The notes beneath the pieces are model-generated. The model made no database searches. It had not been told where the DNA came from and was given only the letters and a program-made list of their open reading frames with translations. From Octopus sinensis (taxonomy: Eukaryota), in the NCBI RefSeq assembly GCF_006345805.1, contig NC_043013.1, positions 992,001 to 1,056,000 on the forward strand: 64,000 nucleotides of DNA, written 5' to 3'. This document shows, piece after piece, positions 23,647 to 37,665 of this stretch. The translations under genes were made by a program, and so were the position numbers. Numbering within the stretch: position 1 is the first letter of the stretch; each line of letters begins with the position of its first letter.

Positions 23647-24340
23647 TGTAGCGTATCTGATATCCTCACTGTTTGAGAGACGCAATAGCAAGAGTTCTAT
23701 AACAAGATGTTGGGGATCTCGAGGCAGAGGCCAGCTGAGGCACTTGTCGTGCAGGCAGCGGTTGGGGCTTCAATGCCGAGCCGAGTCTCTTGATACAGAA
23801 ACTTCTTCAGGTAGACTGTGACTGTTTTCCTCGGTGAAATATTCACACAAACAGCGTGGAGTTACACCTGGTCGGTGTTGATGTGTATATGTTGAAGTCG
23901 ACGGAGATGGAGACGACGATGGTGATGACGGCCGTGGAGATGGAGAACGTCCTGTCTGTCGCTGGTGTATAATAGCGTCTTCACGGCTGGAGCAGTCGCA
24001 TGGTTGGCTGGTTGGTCGTCTGTCGCTGGAACTGGAACATGGCTGAGTAGCTCTGTGGTCGGTGACTAGACCTTAAAAGGTCTGAAGTCGAAAGACGAAG
24101 AGTAGTGAAAATGCTGGCCTTTTTAAAGAGTTAAAATGGCTCAAAGAAGGACATCTGAAACACAGTGTCACGAGGCCGTGATTGGTTTGCTTACACACTG
24201 GCGCGAAATAAGTCGAGTGACAGACCGCGCTAAATGCTAACCAATCAGATCAGTGGACACAACAAGGTCAAACTAGCCAAAGATGGTTGTAATCTCAAAC
24301 GAGATCGTTCTTATTGTGTCTCTCAAACAGATACGCTACA
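23647..24340 (-). mobile_element. Solo LTR of a Gypsy-like retrotransposon (alternative: Ginger-type non-autonomous element)
   Basis: Starts TGTAGCGTATCTG and ends CAGATACGCTACA, a perfect 13-bp inverted terminus with TG..CA ends. A 4-bp TSD CATC sits at 23643-23646 and 24341-24344. It is 694 bp with no coding homology. Orientation is inferred from the CCAAT boxes and tttaaaaagg. Confidence 0.8.
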
Positions 24341-25544
24341 CATCGATTAGATACAGAAGTAAGAGATGTTACATTATCAGCCTCATAAAATTTAATAGAA
24401 AATAAAACAGGATTTCAAACGATGCTCGAGGTTACATAACTTCATAAAATAAGATACAACTTCGATACAAGAAAAAGATGACGTTGGTTTATAAGACCTC
24501 CCAGGTTATATTTCTTCTCAAAACTATTCGACTGCATATTTTAACGAAAAAAAAACTGGTTCTTGGATTAGGAATCCGTCTAAATTATATAATTTTATTC
24601 AAAGTCTTAATCTTACACTTAAAACTTAATACAGCATAGCAACACTTTTGGGATAAACACAGAATTAATAACATATTCAGTCGGAATGTCTGGTCGTAAG
24701 TGTCATTAGAAACCGCTGCAATGGCAACTATGCTTTCTTGGCGCGTCTGTTTCTTAATTTTTGTTCTATATCAGATTTGATTAATAACTTTTTTCCTATT
24801 ATTTTGTCAGCCTAATTGATTTTTTTATATATAATTTATACCCAAGTAATGCAATTATATTATAAATTATAGAGTTATTTCATGAAAAAAAAGTCTCTCT
24901 CCAAAACGCTTATGCTTACATTCAGCCGGCGCCGTCAGAAATAATGACTTTTTAAATATATACTTGGGGCGAATTTTCTTTTATAAATATTCAAGTTATT
25001 CCTTGTTTGTGTTTGTTTTGATTTGGAATCAGTGCTTCCATATTTTCCATGCTTCCATATATATTCCGTTGCCTTCTCTAAGCAAAATGTCACTTCGTTG
25101 TGCTTTTTGTTTAAATACTTCTAACTTTAGAGTATTACTTTAATATATTTGACATCTTCTTTTCCGCTCTAGGCACAAGGCCCAAAATTTTAGGGAAGGT
25201 GGCCAGTCGATTTGATCTGCCCCAGTACGCAACTGGTACTTAATTTATCGACCCCGAAAGGATGAAAAGCAAAGTCGACCTCGGCGGAATTTGAACTCAG
25301 AACGTAAAGACAAACGAAACACCGCTCAGCATTTTGCCCAGCGTAGCGCTATTTCGTCTGAGGCCGACTTTGCCTTTCATCCTTTCGAGATCTATAAAAT
25401 AAGTATCCGTTGAACACTGGAATCGATTACATCAATTCATTCTCTTCTCCCAACTTTCTGGTCTTATGCAAAAATTTGGAATCAATATTTACAAAATTAT
25501 TCTCTAAAGATGGACTTAATTCTCAAAAATAAAAAAAAGATGAT

Positions 25545-25702
25545 GAGTGGCTGCGAGGTAAGGAGATTGCTTCCCAACCACAGAGTTCCGGGTTCAGTCC
25601 CACTGCGGGGCACCTTGGGCAAGTGTCTTCTACTACAGCTTCGAGCTGACCAAAGTCTTGTGAGTGGGTTTGGTAGACAGAAACTGAAAGAAGCCCGTCG
25701 TA

Positions 25703-25791
<89 letters not shown>

Positions 25792-26020
25792 AATATATAT
25801 ATATATATGTATTTGTGTGTCTGTGTTTGTCCCCCCACCACCACCATTGCTTGGCAACCGATGTCGGTGTGTTTACGTGCCTGTAACTTAGCGGTTCGGC
25901 AAAAGGACGGATAGAAAAAGTACTAGGCTTACAAAGAATAAAGTCCTGGAGTCGATTCGTTCGACTAAAGGTGGTGCTCCAGCATGGCTGCAGTCAAATA
26001 TCTGAAACAAGTAAAAAGAA
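25545..26020 (+). mobile_element. tRNA-derived SINE family A
   Basis: Head gtggctgcgaggtaagg...gggttcagtcccactgcg, core ccttgggcaagtgtctt, microsatellite and tail. Confidence 0.85.
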
Positions 26021-26229
26021 ATATCCTTTTCTACTCTAGGTACAAGGCCCGAAATTTTAGGTGAGGTGGGGGCCAGTCGATTAGACCGACCTCAGTACGC
26101 AACTGGTACTTAATTTATTGACCCTGAAAGCAAAGTCGACTTCGGGTGGAGTTAGAAGCGTTTGGCTGCAATGTTTCAACATTCTAAATGTTTGGACACT
26201 TCGGTTCATCCAGTGGGTTCAAAATATTG

Positions 26230-26950
26230 AGGATGGTCCTGAAAAATCAATGAGGGCTCTCGCCAAAGATCTTCAACTGTCGGGATGAACTACCTAAACT
26301 ATAGTGCACGAGGACTAAGGAGAGGCCAATTCATGTCTGCGAAGACTCAGGAAAACCGCTGAATCTGTTCCAAGTGGTTATTTAAGGTTAAAAACTTCCA
26401 CAAACATGCCATGCTTGGTTCTTTTCCGATGTGAAGAGTTTTGATCAAGACGAAAAGCCTAACAGGAGAAATAATGGTTATGTGCAAATCTTCCTGATGT
26501 CCTCACTCCATACAAAGTTTCCAACAGCTGCGAGGGTTTTAGGAGCGGTGACTAACGAAGATCTCACATCTTTCCGCGGGATCTTAGCATTAATGTTGCT
26601 GAATATGTTGAAGGGCAGGAACCTCTGTTAAGCCCTGGATGGATGAAGTATGTAGTGCTGGAATAAAACTTAGCAGCTTCTCACAAAACTTACGTAACCC
26701 AAAAATGGATGCAGACGACTTTTGCGATGATGGCACACTAAATGTTTGGCTCTAAACTCGCCAGATAAAAATCCCATGAACAACTACGTTTGGAACGTTG
26801 TTGAAAGGGAGACTAGTCGACATCCTCACAGTATCATTGCTCAGGTGATACCCGAAAATTAACAAGAACCATTTAGAGGCACCTGTGTCCACGATTCCGA
26901 TCCCGCAATGAGGCAGTTATCAAAGTTGAAGGCAGATTCATAATCTAATA
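26230..26950 (+). mobile_element. Decayed Tc1/mariner transposase of the maT (DD37D-like) group
   Basis: Fragments KSMRALAKDL, FFSDVKSFDQDEKPNRRN, HTKFPTAARVLGAV and NSPDKNPMNNYVWNVVERE (cf. WPPNSPDLNPLDYYVW), with multiple frameshifts. Confidence 0.75.
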
Positions 26951-27164
26951 AGAAATCTTATCGAGAACATGTGTACAAATCTTTTATTAAAATGCATTTT
27001 GATTTTGCAAGATTAGAGTCGTTTCATTAAATTATCAGCTATGTCCTCAAATACCTCTCGCATCCTGTAAATTAAAAATCCAGTTTCTTCCGAAACATTC
27101 TCAGATCAGACTCCAATTATATTAAATATAAGCTGCTTAATATTAATGTTGGTTTCACACTTTG

Positions 27165-27546
27165 GCACAAGACCAGAAATTTCCGAGTAGGGGCTAAGTC
27201 GATTAGATCGATCCCAGTATTTCACTGGTACTTATTTTATCGACCCTGAAAGAATGAAAGGCAAAGTCGACCTCGGCGGAATTTGAACTCAGAACGTAAC
27301 GGCAGACGAAATACCTATTTCTTTACTACCCACAAGGGGCTAAACACAGAGGGGACAAACAAGAACAGACAAACGGATTAAGTCGATTATATCGACCCCA
27401 GTGCGAAACTGGTATTTATTTAATCGACCCGAAAGGATGAAAGGCAAAGTCGACCTCGGCGGAATTTGAACACAGAACGTAACGGCAGACGAAATACCGC
27501 TACGCATTTCGCCCGGCGTGCTAACGATTCTGCCAGCTCGCCGCCT
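27165..27546 (-). mobile_element. Composite SINE B with a Tx1-like tail
   Basis: Same internal junction as 22980-23360, with the tail at 27318-27356. Confidence 0.8.
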
Positions 27547-29927
27547 CTGTCTTGGTATACACAAATATAGTCCTTTCTATTATAGGCACAAGGCCTGAAA
27601 TTTGGGGAGAGGAGACTAGTCGATTACATCGACTCCAGTGTTTCAATGGTACTTAATTTATCGATCCCAAAAGGATGAAAGGTAAAGTCGACCTCGGCGG
27701 AATTAGAACTTACAACGTAGCGATGAGTGAAATACCGCTAAGCATTTCGTGCTGCGCGCTAACGATTCTGCCAGCTCGCCGCCTTGTAAAACACTTAGGA
27801 AGAAATGGGGATAAAGTTTGCAAGAAGTCGTGGTAGAGTTTTTGTTTTTATGAATTGGATTTATTTAAAACTGACCAGCAAGAAGCAAAACTAAAAATTA
27901 TTTCGATGTCACTGGTGCAACAGAAAAACAAAATTTCCACACTTTTATCGAATCCAAGTTCTATAGAGCATCAGTTCTTTTGTAGAGCCTTTATTTAGTT
28001 ACAATATCGCACCATAACAAATACGACAATGAACAATAAAAGTTATGGTTTTCCTCTTCCATTGGTCCACTTAATCATGTGCTTGAATAGTCAGGAGTGG
28101 AACAGATTGCTGTGTGTGTGTGTGTGTGTGTGTGTGTTAAGAACGACAATATAGAGGAGAGAGAATGCGAAAATGTCCGTTCTCTGCATGGATAAAAATT
28201 GCTCTAATAAACTGAAAGTCAAAAGCTTCAACGTTTTTCCGATTGTGAAAATGGCGACGGTTTCGTGGCGTAAAATTCAATTTTTAATAACTTTAATGCG
28301 GCTGGTTGTAGAATGTCGGAAAGAATTGCCTTCCGGGTATTTGTTCCGCTGTTCTAAGTTCAAATTCCACCGAGGTCAACTCTAGTGTTTATTCTTTGTG
28401 TGTGGGCGAGGGGGGGGGGGGCATAAATAAAGTAACCATCTTGTATTGGGATTTCTTCTTCTTCTTCTTCTTCTTCTTCTTCTTCTTTCCTTGCTTGCAC
28501 TTTCTCTTTGGAACAAATCATTTGTGATCAAACGAGGTGATAGAGAGAGTCCGCATGATTTAATATCCTAAACACACGCCCTAAGTCATCACAGCGCTCC
28601 TGCAACTCTTCAAAAATTGAGGACCAAATGAAGAATTAATGATTTGATTGTGGATATGATTCTTGTCGAGGAATTTGTCGTTGTTCTTACTTCTGCAATG
28701 TTCTTCAAACAAACAGATATACAAATATAGATCTGTTTATCTGTTTGTTTAGTCAAGGAAGAGACCAATACATAACATTCGTTTCTTTCTGACGAGGTGC
28801 CACGATGTACGTTTGGAAAATGAGAAGCTGTCAGTGAAAGTTTTCTCAAGGGTCCCCAGGGGTTTATGTAAAGCGAATAGACTTCAACTGGGGAATCGAA
28901 ATCGTTCATAACATCGGCCCAGCGGCAGCATTTCGATTTTGTGGCGCCTGCAATACACCAGCAGACACTTGTAGACAGGCACATGTACGCCATTTTAAAT
29001 TAAGTGTATCATTTCACATTATATCATACTTCAATATGCACACTCGCTCTCTCTCTCTCTCTCCCCGCTCTCTCTCTCTCTCTCTCCTCTACTCTCTCTC
29101 TCCTATGTGTGTGTGTGTTTATAGTCTATGTGTATTCAGTAATTATGTGACTATTATAGGCTTATCATATTCCAAAGATGGGAACTGTGGGCTGTCAAGA
29201 AGATAAGAATATTTATCAAGCTAATATCTTGTGAATAGTATAGCCTTACCAGGCAATAGAGCGTGTGAAAGGATCCGGGAATTCTTTGGCAAAATATTGA
29301 CATAAAGAAGATAAGATATCGTACGAGTCTTGGCCCACCTCGTCTGTTTTCTGACGAACCCTTCAACAGTATTGTGAAACCCCACGGGAAGTATAATTAA
29401 CAGTTAATAGGTGTGAAAGTCTCCTGGCTGACAAGTCAATGAGTTATTAATTCTCTGATTTATGAGCATTCAGCCGAGAATGCAAACCAAAAAATAAATA
29501 TATATACACATTTAAAACAACAGACGATGTATGATTATATCGAATATATGTGTGTGTGGGTGGTTGTATACAGATATATATATATATATATATATTATTT
29601 ATGTGCGTGTGTATGTGTGTGTATATATATATATATATAAATATGTGTGTGTATAAGATATATATACATGTATTATATATATATATGTGTGTGTATACAT
29701 ATATATATATATAATATATGTATATATATATATATATATATGTATTTATGTATGTATGTATGTATGTATGTATGTATGTATATATATATATTATATATAT
29801 ATACATATATATACATACATATGTATATATATATATTATATATATATATATATTATATATATATATACATACATATGTATATATATATACATACGTATAT
29901 ATATATATTATAATATATATATATATG

Positions 29928-29977
<50 letters not shown>

Positions 29978-30652
29978 TACATATATACGCACACCCACAT
30001 ATATCTGTGTGTACATACACGCATACAAATATACATAACACTCACATGTTGCATGTGTGTTTAGACGTTTTGTGCATATTTTTTGAAGGGCCCTTTTTTT
30101 TTTTACCTAAATTTCTAAGGGATTATTTTCCGACACTGTTTCCAAAAATTTTTACCCATTTCATTTTCACAGAAAGAAAAATAATTTTCCAGATTATTTT
30201 TTTTTTGTTATTCTCGTCGCTCTTGACTTCTTTTCTACATTAATCGAGACAGAAGAGGATTATTCAAGTTTAACAATTATCTCAGGAAGGCAGCTATATG
30301 TCGGTTTCAATGCCAAGTTGGCAATTTAGTGTGTTCTGTTTTGAACTCTAATTATTCTTCCAATTATCAATGTTAGTCACGGTTCGATGCAGAGGATTAC
30401 TCCCAAAAACAATTCAGCTGTAACGCAGTTGACAGAAGTATGACAGGCAATCACTGGTGGACTACAGTTGGATGACTATAAACAATAGAATAATATCTGC
30501 TTGATAAGAACTGTCTGCATTGATCATTAGTTCTTGTTAGTAAGATCAAAGCAAAGATGGTCGAGGTATTAGACAATGAACCAAGAGGACGGCGGTTCGG
30601 ATGTTGTCCCCGAAATTGTGTTGTCATTAAGGTATTTAACTCTCAACAGTGC

Positions 30653-30721
<69 letters not shown>

Positions 30722-30759
30722 TTCTTGGGATCTAGGGAAATGGACAGGTCCTCCGAGAT

Positions 30760-31260
30760 CGGTTAGATCGATGTCATTAATGTTCCTCTCGTTACAAATC
30801 AATATCTACGGGATAAACATTAATTGGCAGGGAGTTCCACTGGGAATCGACGTTCTTAAGGAAGGACTGGGCAAGAGGCCTGGCGGGCAGGACACAACAA
30901 TGCTGATGAGAGAAGAGGAGGCGTGTGGATTGGAATGGAGTTAACGAGAGACGAACCGGCTCGGAAGAGGGGCAAAAGCCATTACTGTATCGGCTTACAA
31001 GGCAGAGAAAGAAAACGGCGCTTCTGTAAGCCAAAGGATGAAGTGTCCCTGTGAGTTACTTTATGCCAATCTTTCGGGTGGCTTGTCTCTGAGATATTGT
31101 CTGTGTGTGCGTGTGCGTGCGGCAGCAGCACCATCCCAGATGTGAATGAAATGCCCATTACGGGCTTCATTGAGTCAGTGACTGTTGCAGGATGGAATAC
31201 CTTCTGGCCCTCAATAGAAGGGTCATTTTGGAGGATATAGTCCTAGCTATATTAAGCGAC
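30760..31260 (-). mobile_element. 3' fragment of a CR1/L2-like LINE, decayed
   Basis: Frame-shifted C-terminal motifs (..WNSLP-like QWNSLPINVYP..RNINDIDL). Confidence 0.5.
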
Positions 31261-31275
31261 ATTTTGAATTATTTG

Positions 31276-31314
<39 letters not shown>

Positions 31315-33608
31315 TAAGGTAGTGAGCTTGAAGAATCGTTGGAGCATCGGAAAAAATGCCTGGTGTTATGTGTTCCGTCTCTTTCTATTTTGTGTTCAAA
31401 TCAGGCAGAGATTAACTTTGACTACTGTACTAGACTTATACTTTATTTTATTAGGGTCTGATGTATCGACTACTCCCCATTCCCATCAGAACTGCTGGCC
31501 TTGTGCCTAAATCATCATCGTCATCATTAAGGCAGCGGGTTGGCAGAATTGTTAGAGTGAATTATCACGTTCGAATTCAGTTGTCCCCAACGTTGTTGAA
31601 CTTGATAAAATTTGAAAGATTCGAAAGCAAGGTTGTTGGAGACAAACCATCACGAGTCCAGGGGCGTGCAGCCTTTTTTATGTAAGAAACTAAATTTATT
31701 TAACTCAGACACTCGAGTAAGAATGGCCATCCGCATCAATGAATGATTATAGACAAAAGGGTCTGCATTCAAACCAGAGGAAATCATCGAGAAATACAGA
31801 TTGTGAATCTTGAAATGATGAAACTAGTGTTTTCTTGAGAGTTGATTGATAATTCATCGATAGTTATAATTGTATTTAATCAGTGATTGGTTCGAACACA
31901 GTAATATTGTTTAGAGTAAGTATTTAGTCCAAAGAGTTTAGCTTCATTCACATTTACTGAGCTGAGCATTTGGGGAGGAAACATTCTCGCTGCCCTGAAT
32001 GGATCAGTCCAAGTCACTGAGTCGCTGGTTACCCGTCAACTTTAATATTTTTATAAAATGAAATTGAGAGAGAAATAATTCAGAAATTGAAATTCAAACT
32101 TGTGACAATTAAAACATTGAAATTAAAATACTAATTCAATAAAAACATGAATTTTAAATTCAGAATGCTAAAATGGGTAATTTTTTAAAACTGAATTAAA
32201 TTTAAATTTTAGATTATTTCATAAATCTTCCATTTTGATTTATCAACAATTTGATCACCTTAAACTTGAAGCCGAAAAAAAATTTAGTCTTGTATACATC
32301 ACAAATGTCAAATAGAAGTTTTCTCGCTAAACTGATTTTTGCACACAATATATCAATTTTGTATTTAACTCATAAAGCACTGGGATTTGAACTTACATAG
32401 CATGGAGTGCTGAGCACATTTTCTGAAAAGGAGACGACCATGCACACATCAAAAACAAAAAATAGTTAAAATATCTTGTTAGTATATAATGGTGGCAAGT
32501 TTTACATCATCTGAAAAAGTCATTAGTCTTGCATTCTGTGGGGTATCGGAGCGTTTGATTGACATTAAACCCCCAACAAAAGCCCATAAATTAAATGTAT
32601 CTATCTGGGCCACGATCGTGGTCTGTCGACCTGTACCTGACGGCCACGATCGTGGTCGCCGCGCTTTATGTATTAATTATGATCATTTTCCCTTTGGAGT
32701 TCAATTTTTTTATTTATTTATACGATTTATAACCCTGTGTGGAAAAAGAAGTGTATTTGTCATTTGGCACTTGTTTTCTTTCAATATCCAACCGACTGAC
32801 CCAGCTAAATATGTTAATAGAAAAATTATTTGAAGTATTTTTCATTGCTGTGTAGTAAAACATTTTCTATACCATCCGACTTACCAACAGCTTCAGATAC
32901 TTCTCGGGTAGGCGTGGGGTGGGGTATGGGTGCTTGAAACCTATCAGTGTTTGTCTCTTGAAGGTTTACAACTGAATACATTGTTAAATAAGCAAGAAAA
33001 GAAAGTGCTTTCCAAAAGAGATACTCAAAATATTGAAATGGAAAAGACTGAAAGCTGGACACAACATTTTTAGACACAACATTAGACTCCTAATTTCATT
33101 CTTCAACCATAAATGTAACCAGATGGAAACAATAAAGACTTGATTGTAAGGATTCTCACGAAGGTTTATATAAAAGACGTTAATAACTGGTTTGAGATAA
33201 TATTCTGTCAAAACTCAATAATTCTGTCAAATTAGAGAAAGACTAATGGCTCTTAGGATTAGCAGAACAATAGCGAGGTAGTTTCAAAGTTACTAGATTC
33301 TGTACTGGCCAAATATTCTTCCTTGTTGATTGTTTAAATCTGTCTTTAAGGGCCCTTTAAAACTTCTGCCGATTATCGATCATACTAGTTTGAAAATAAG
33401 TTACATAGTGTAACTCCCTGCCTTTTATTTGAGGCTTTAATCGCAGAGAATCGACTTTGGAATTGCATATTTGATATTCACAGATGTAATACAAGATGAA
33501 ACTACTTTCACTTGTAGTTGACAATGAATTTACATAAAGCAATGGAAGAGACCATCACTGGCGATCCGGCTATTCATGTTTGTAACTTCTTTCACTGATT
33601 ACGTAGAT

Positions 33609-33686
<78 letters not shown>

Positions 33687-34192
33687 GAGTTGTGCATGGT
33701 GTTGAGGAGGTGGTTCTCAATGACTGTCTGAGTGACCGACGGCTAATGTGTATTTTCAAACATCGAGATAGATGTCTGCAGAGATGGGTGTGGTGGGGTC
33801 AGACAGGCAGGGAATTTGGCGGGTTTGGCAAAGATGGGGGCTGGCGCTTGGAAGCTTTGTTTGAGTGTAAGGAGATGCTGTCCTGGCCGGTGGTCATAAT
33901 TTGAAGTGATCGCAGTTGCTTTCGTGCTTGGCGTGTAACGTGTACATGGGAGTGAATATGGTGTTATAAAAAGGAAAACTATTGGAGTTGTACCTGGTAT
34001 ATATAGTGTAGAATTAGATGCAAGCCACGGAGACTGGAGTAAGCTCCGACCAAATGATCCTGTCAGCTGGAGACGAATTAACTTAATGTCAGTTCGATCC
34101 AATCTATTACAACACCGCCTCAAATATCGTCTCAAAATAAGAAATCAACATAATTAAGACATTCTTTGAAATTCAATAAAATTTTGACTCAC

Positions 34193-34715
34193 CGAGTATT
34201 TTCATAATCTTTGCGTCCAATTCTTCGGAAAATTTATCGGCAGCACCGAAAATATCATCATATTTACCAGACAGGTGACCTTCATATACTGTCAGGAAAA
34301 AAATGTATTTCTTGCCAGAATCCACATCCGCGTAGCAAGAGATTTGCTCACCAAAATTACTTATTAGGTAAGTGGAATTAAGATTTGATGTCTGAGAAAG
34401 CGTTTTCGATACATTCTTCAGGTAATCTTCTCCTTTGTATACAGTTAAGATCCTTACATCAGCGCTGTACGTCCCAGATTTCGTGCGATTCAATTTGTAG
34501 GCAGCTTCAACCCGTCCGCTTACGACTACTTCAGCCAGATCAACTCTCTCTCTCAGTGGAGCTGCTTCCCACCCGTTTAACAAAAGTATACAGGCGTTTG
34601 TTTGATTTGAAAGGCAGACGACAACGAAACAGATCCACAGTAGAATAGCCAGGTGGCATGAAACAGGTAAAAATCGAGTAAATTTTAGACGTTGATGACA
34701 ACGGGGTGGCGACAT
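34193..34715 (-). CDS. First coding exon: signal peptide plus NtA (N-terminal agrin-like) domain
   Basis: ATG at 34715, followed by the hydrophobic LAILLWICFVVVCLS and a cleavage site near TNA-C. ERVDLAEVVVSGRVE, TYSADVRILTVYKG and ISNFGEQISC..VDSGKKYIFFL align by eye with agrin NtA ([47 protein letters not shown]). Donor CTCG|gtgagt at 34193/34192 is phase 1, matching the TSP1 exon. Confidence 0.9.
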
Positions 34716-35544
34716 GTTTGTGGCAATAAATAATCCTGGACGTTTCTCAGTCGTAAATCTCTTAAATAATGGCAGTTATTTAGGATGATTAAAATCTACT
34801 AAGTAGTGAGAGCAAAAGGTAGACATAAATCAAATATGATACCTTCTGCTTTAATAACATCGTATTTTTGGATCTGAGGCTGTTAACCTAATTTAGTTCT
34901 TTTTTTATTTTCTTATTTTCTTATTTTCATATTTCCTTTCACGCTGTCTCAGTTCTGTCTTCTGTTACCGAAATTTCTTCAGTGACTCTCTCTAACGTGT
35001 TTATATAATTCTCCGTTTTTCTTCGTAGCATAGTTTTTATGTGCTCCCATAAAGAAGAGAATTCGCATTTATATCGCGCGTAACATTAGCCGACAGAAGC
35101 CTATTCCACGAAGCCATTCGCATCGTACTCACACAAGTGTTTCTCTTCCAATCAGTCGTATAACCCACGTGTAAACACGTGTTTCATTCTCTGTTTGTTT
35201 ATGTTATTTCACTGTCGAAATCTTCGGTTTATCGCAGACAGCAGAGTCTCACTACACACCCATTCACTAATCTTTCGGTAATTCAATCAGGAGAATACCT
35301 CATTACCTTATTTTTTCCCCCCGTTTGTTAGATTTTCCTACTATTTATTATGCACCTGGGTTTCTTAAAATAGTGAAGGTAGAGATGTAAAACAACAAAA
35401 AAGAACAAACAAAAATGTACAAAGAAGGCGTATTTATGCGGTTCTCTGGCATCGAGTTTATCGCAGAATGCTTAAGTTGCTGTTAAAGGCGTGGTCTTAC
35501 AGATAAAGTTCGTTTACGAATACAACTTTATTAGACAAATAAGA

Positions 35545-35650
35545 AAATATATAAAAAGGGGGCGTGACCCACCCAACCACATCTCCCGCAATTTACAAGC
35601 CTTTCTATCCTTATATACAATCTCTCTCTCTCTCCCTCTCCCTCTCTCTG
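35545..35650 (-). promoter_or_regulatory. Candidate core promoter of the NtA gene
   Basis: Minus-strand TATATAAG near 35610-35617 lies next to a (GA)n tract. The TE-free region 35050-35250 is CpG-richer and has CACGTG palindromes. Possible 5' UTR donors lie near 35130 and 35308 and an acceptor near 34800. Inference only. Confidence 0.3.
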
Positions 35651-35776
35651 TATATATATGTGTATGTGTGTGTAAGAGAGAGTGCGTACATACAAATTCA
35701 TATATTCTAACTAGCTGCTTTCCTTATATATGCATACACGCATATCTATCTATCTATATATCTATCTATATATATC

Positions 35777-35809
<33 letters not shown>

Positions 35810-35871
35810 TATATATATATATATATATATAACGATATCCTAACTAGTTATTTTCCTTAAATATGAATACA

Positions 35872-35907
<36 letters not shown>

Positions 35908-35977
35908 TACATACATATATACATATATACATACATACGTACGTACATACATAACACATACATTCATGCATACATAC

Positions 35978-36020
<43 letters not shown>

Positions 36021-36469
36021 TAGTATATAGTATGTAGTATATAGCTCTGCTTAGTTTAAAATTTCGTAGGTGCAGATGAGGCGACTACAACTGATGTTCG
36101 GAGTCAAAGAAGGGAGAGAAAAAATTTGGACCACCATTGGTCAGTTCAGGTCAGAGTATCGATAAAACACGGGAAAGTCTAGGCGGCGTTAGGTTGGCCA
36201 AAAGGCATCCAAAGGAATTTACACAATCCCAAAAGAGTTGTAATTAACCGTTGGAGAACATCCGAAGTTTTGTTGGTCTTTAATTACAAGTCAACACTGA
36301 TCTAGCAAACCTTATTGAATGTGTCCTTTAAAGAAAGTGGATTGTGATTTAAGGCGAAGTTTCTCATATGAGGCGACAGGGTGTGGTGGAGGTGTGGTGG
36401 GGGTGGGGGTTCAGCTTCCACCCGGAGAGACTGTTGGAGAGCAGGGGAGAGCAGGGGAGCAAATTGTTA

Positions 36470-36698
36470 TTCTTTTAGTCTTTTACTTCAGCCATTTGAC
36501 TGCGGCCATGCTGGAGCAATGCCTTTTAGTCGAACGAGTCAAGCCCAGGACTTATTCTTTGTAAGCCTAGTAGTTATTCTATCGGTTTGTTTTGACGAAC
36601 TGCAAAGTTACGGGGACGTAAACACACCAACATCGGTTATCAAACGATGGTGGGGAAACAAACACAGACACACAGATATGTGTGTGTGTATATGTATG

Positions 36699-36753
<55 letters not shown>

Positions 36754-36890
36754 CGACGGGCTTCTTTCAGTTTCCGTCTACCAAATCCACTCACAAGGCT
36801 TTAGTCTGCCTGAAGCTATAGTAGAAGTCTCTTGCCCAAGGTGCCATGCAGTGGGACTGAACCCGGAACCATGTGGTTGAGAAGCAAGCT
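36470..36890 (-). mobile_element. tRNA-derived SINE family A
   Basis: Homologous to 7187-7565. Confidence 0.85.
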
Positions 36891-37323
36891 TAATCTTGTC
36901 TTCAACATTGTCCAACACTATGGCGAAGAAAGAAGGATTGTATGGATACGGCCTCATTAATAGTTTTGGGGGAGGGGCTGATGCTTATCATTTAAAAAAC
37001 TTCTGATTAAAGAGACATTTGGCTGCTGTTTCTAGCTGGCCGAGCGACTACATAGAAGACCTCTTCAGTGGCTCAACAGCTTGGTTACTAAACATTTTGT
37101 TCATACTTGTCCCTTAATCCCTTGATCACAATATTGACGGGACAAACAGCAAATAGTAATTTAGTGCTCTGCAAATTCTCTTGCTCTCGGCAATTTCTAG
37201 TCGGTTGTTGCTGTATACACAATGACCCAGACCGGTTAATTGGAAAGAAAAGGACCAAGAAGACGGTGGGGATGTGTTTGGAGTATGTTGGCAATTACCA
37301 CGGAATATAGGAAACTGATAAAT

Positions 37324-37359
<36 letters not shown>

Positions 37360-37590
37360 TTAGCTTTTTGTTAAACAGGTGACTATCTGAATGAATCTGT
37401 TACTTTGTGTTGTTTCCTTCTAATATAATTATATTTAACGTTGAAAGTCAACAAAGTTTGCTTTAGAAGCATTGAGATGTATTGAAAGATACAAATAAAG
37501 AAATCATTTTATTCTCAAACGCAGGATAATGCTAATAATATAGCATAAATAGGATAAACTATCCATATTTTGCAGAAAAATCTGTCGGCG

Positions 37591-37665
37591 GCCAGCCATG
37601 AGACTCGAACTCACATTCTTGTGATTACGCGTCAAATGCTTCACCATTAAACTAAACTACCCAGC
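37591..37665 (-). pseudogene. tRNA-Thr(CGT)-like pseudogene or isolated SINE head
   Basis: The T-arm GTGAG-TTCGAGT-CTCAT is intact and the anticodon loop is CG-CGT-AA. The acceptor and anticodon stems contain mismatches. Confidence 0.45.

Noticed and set aside
23770-23812. CUGAAGA plus a 6-bp stem inside the solo LTR (minus strand)
   Set aside because: The stem is followed by CGGCUC rather than GAAAC, so the catalytic core is incomplete.
23660-24060. Ser/Pro/His-rich open frames inside 23647-24340 as a possible extra exon or selenoprotein-like TGA read-through
   Set aside because: They are bounded by LTR termini and a TSD, have no good splice donor, show no domain similarity and have no SECIS evidence.
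28610-28993. Cys-containing 127-aa ORF in the large intron
   Set aside because: It has no recognisable domain spacing and no convincing phase-1 splice sites.
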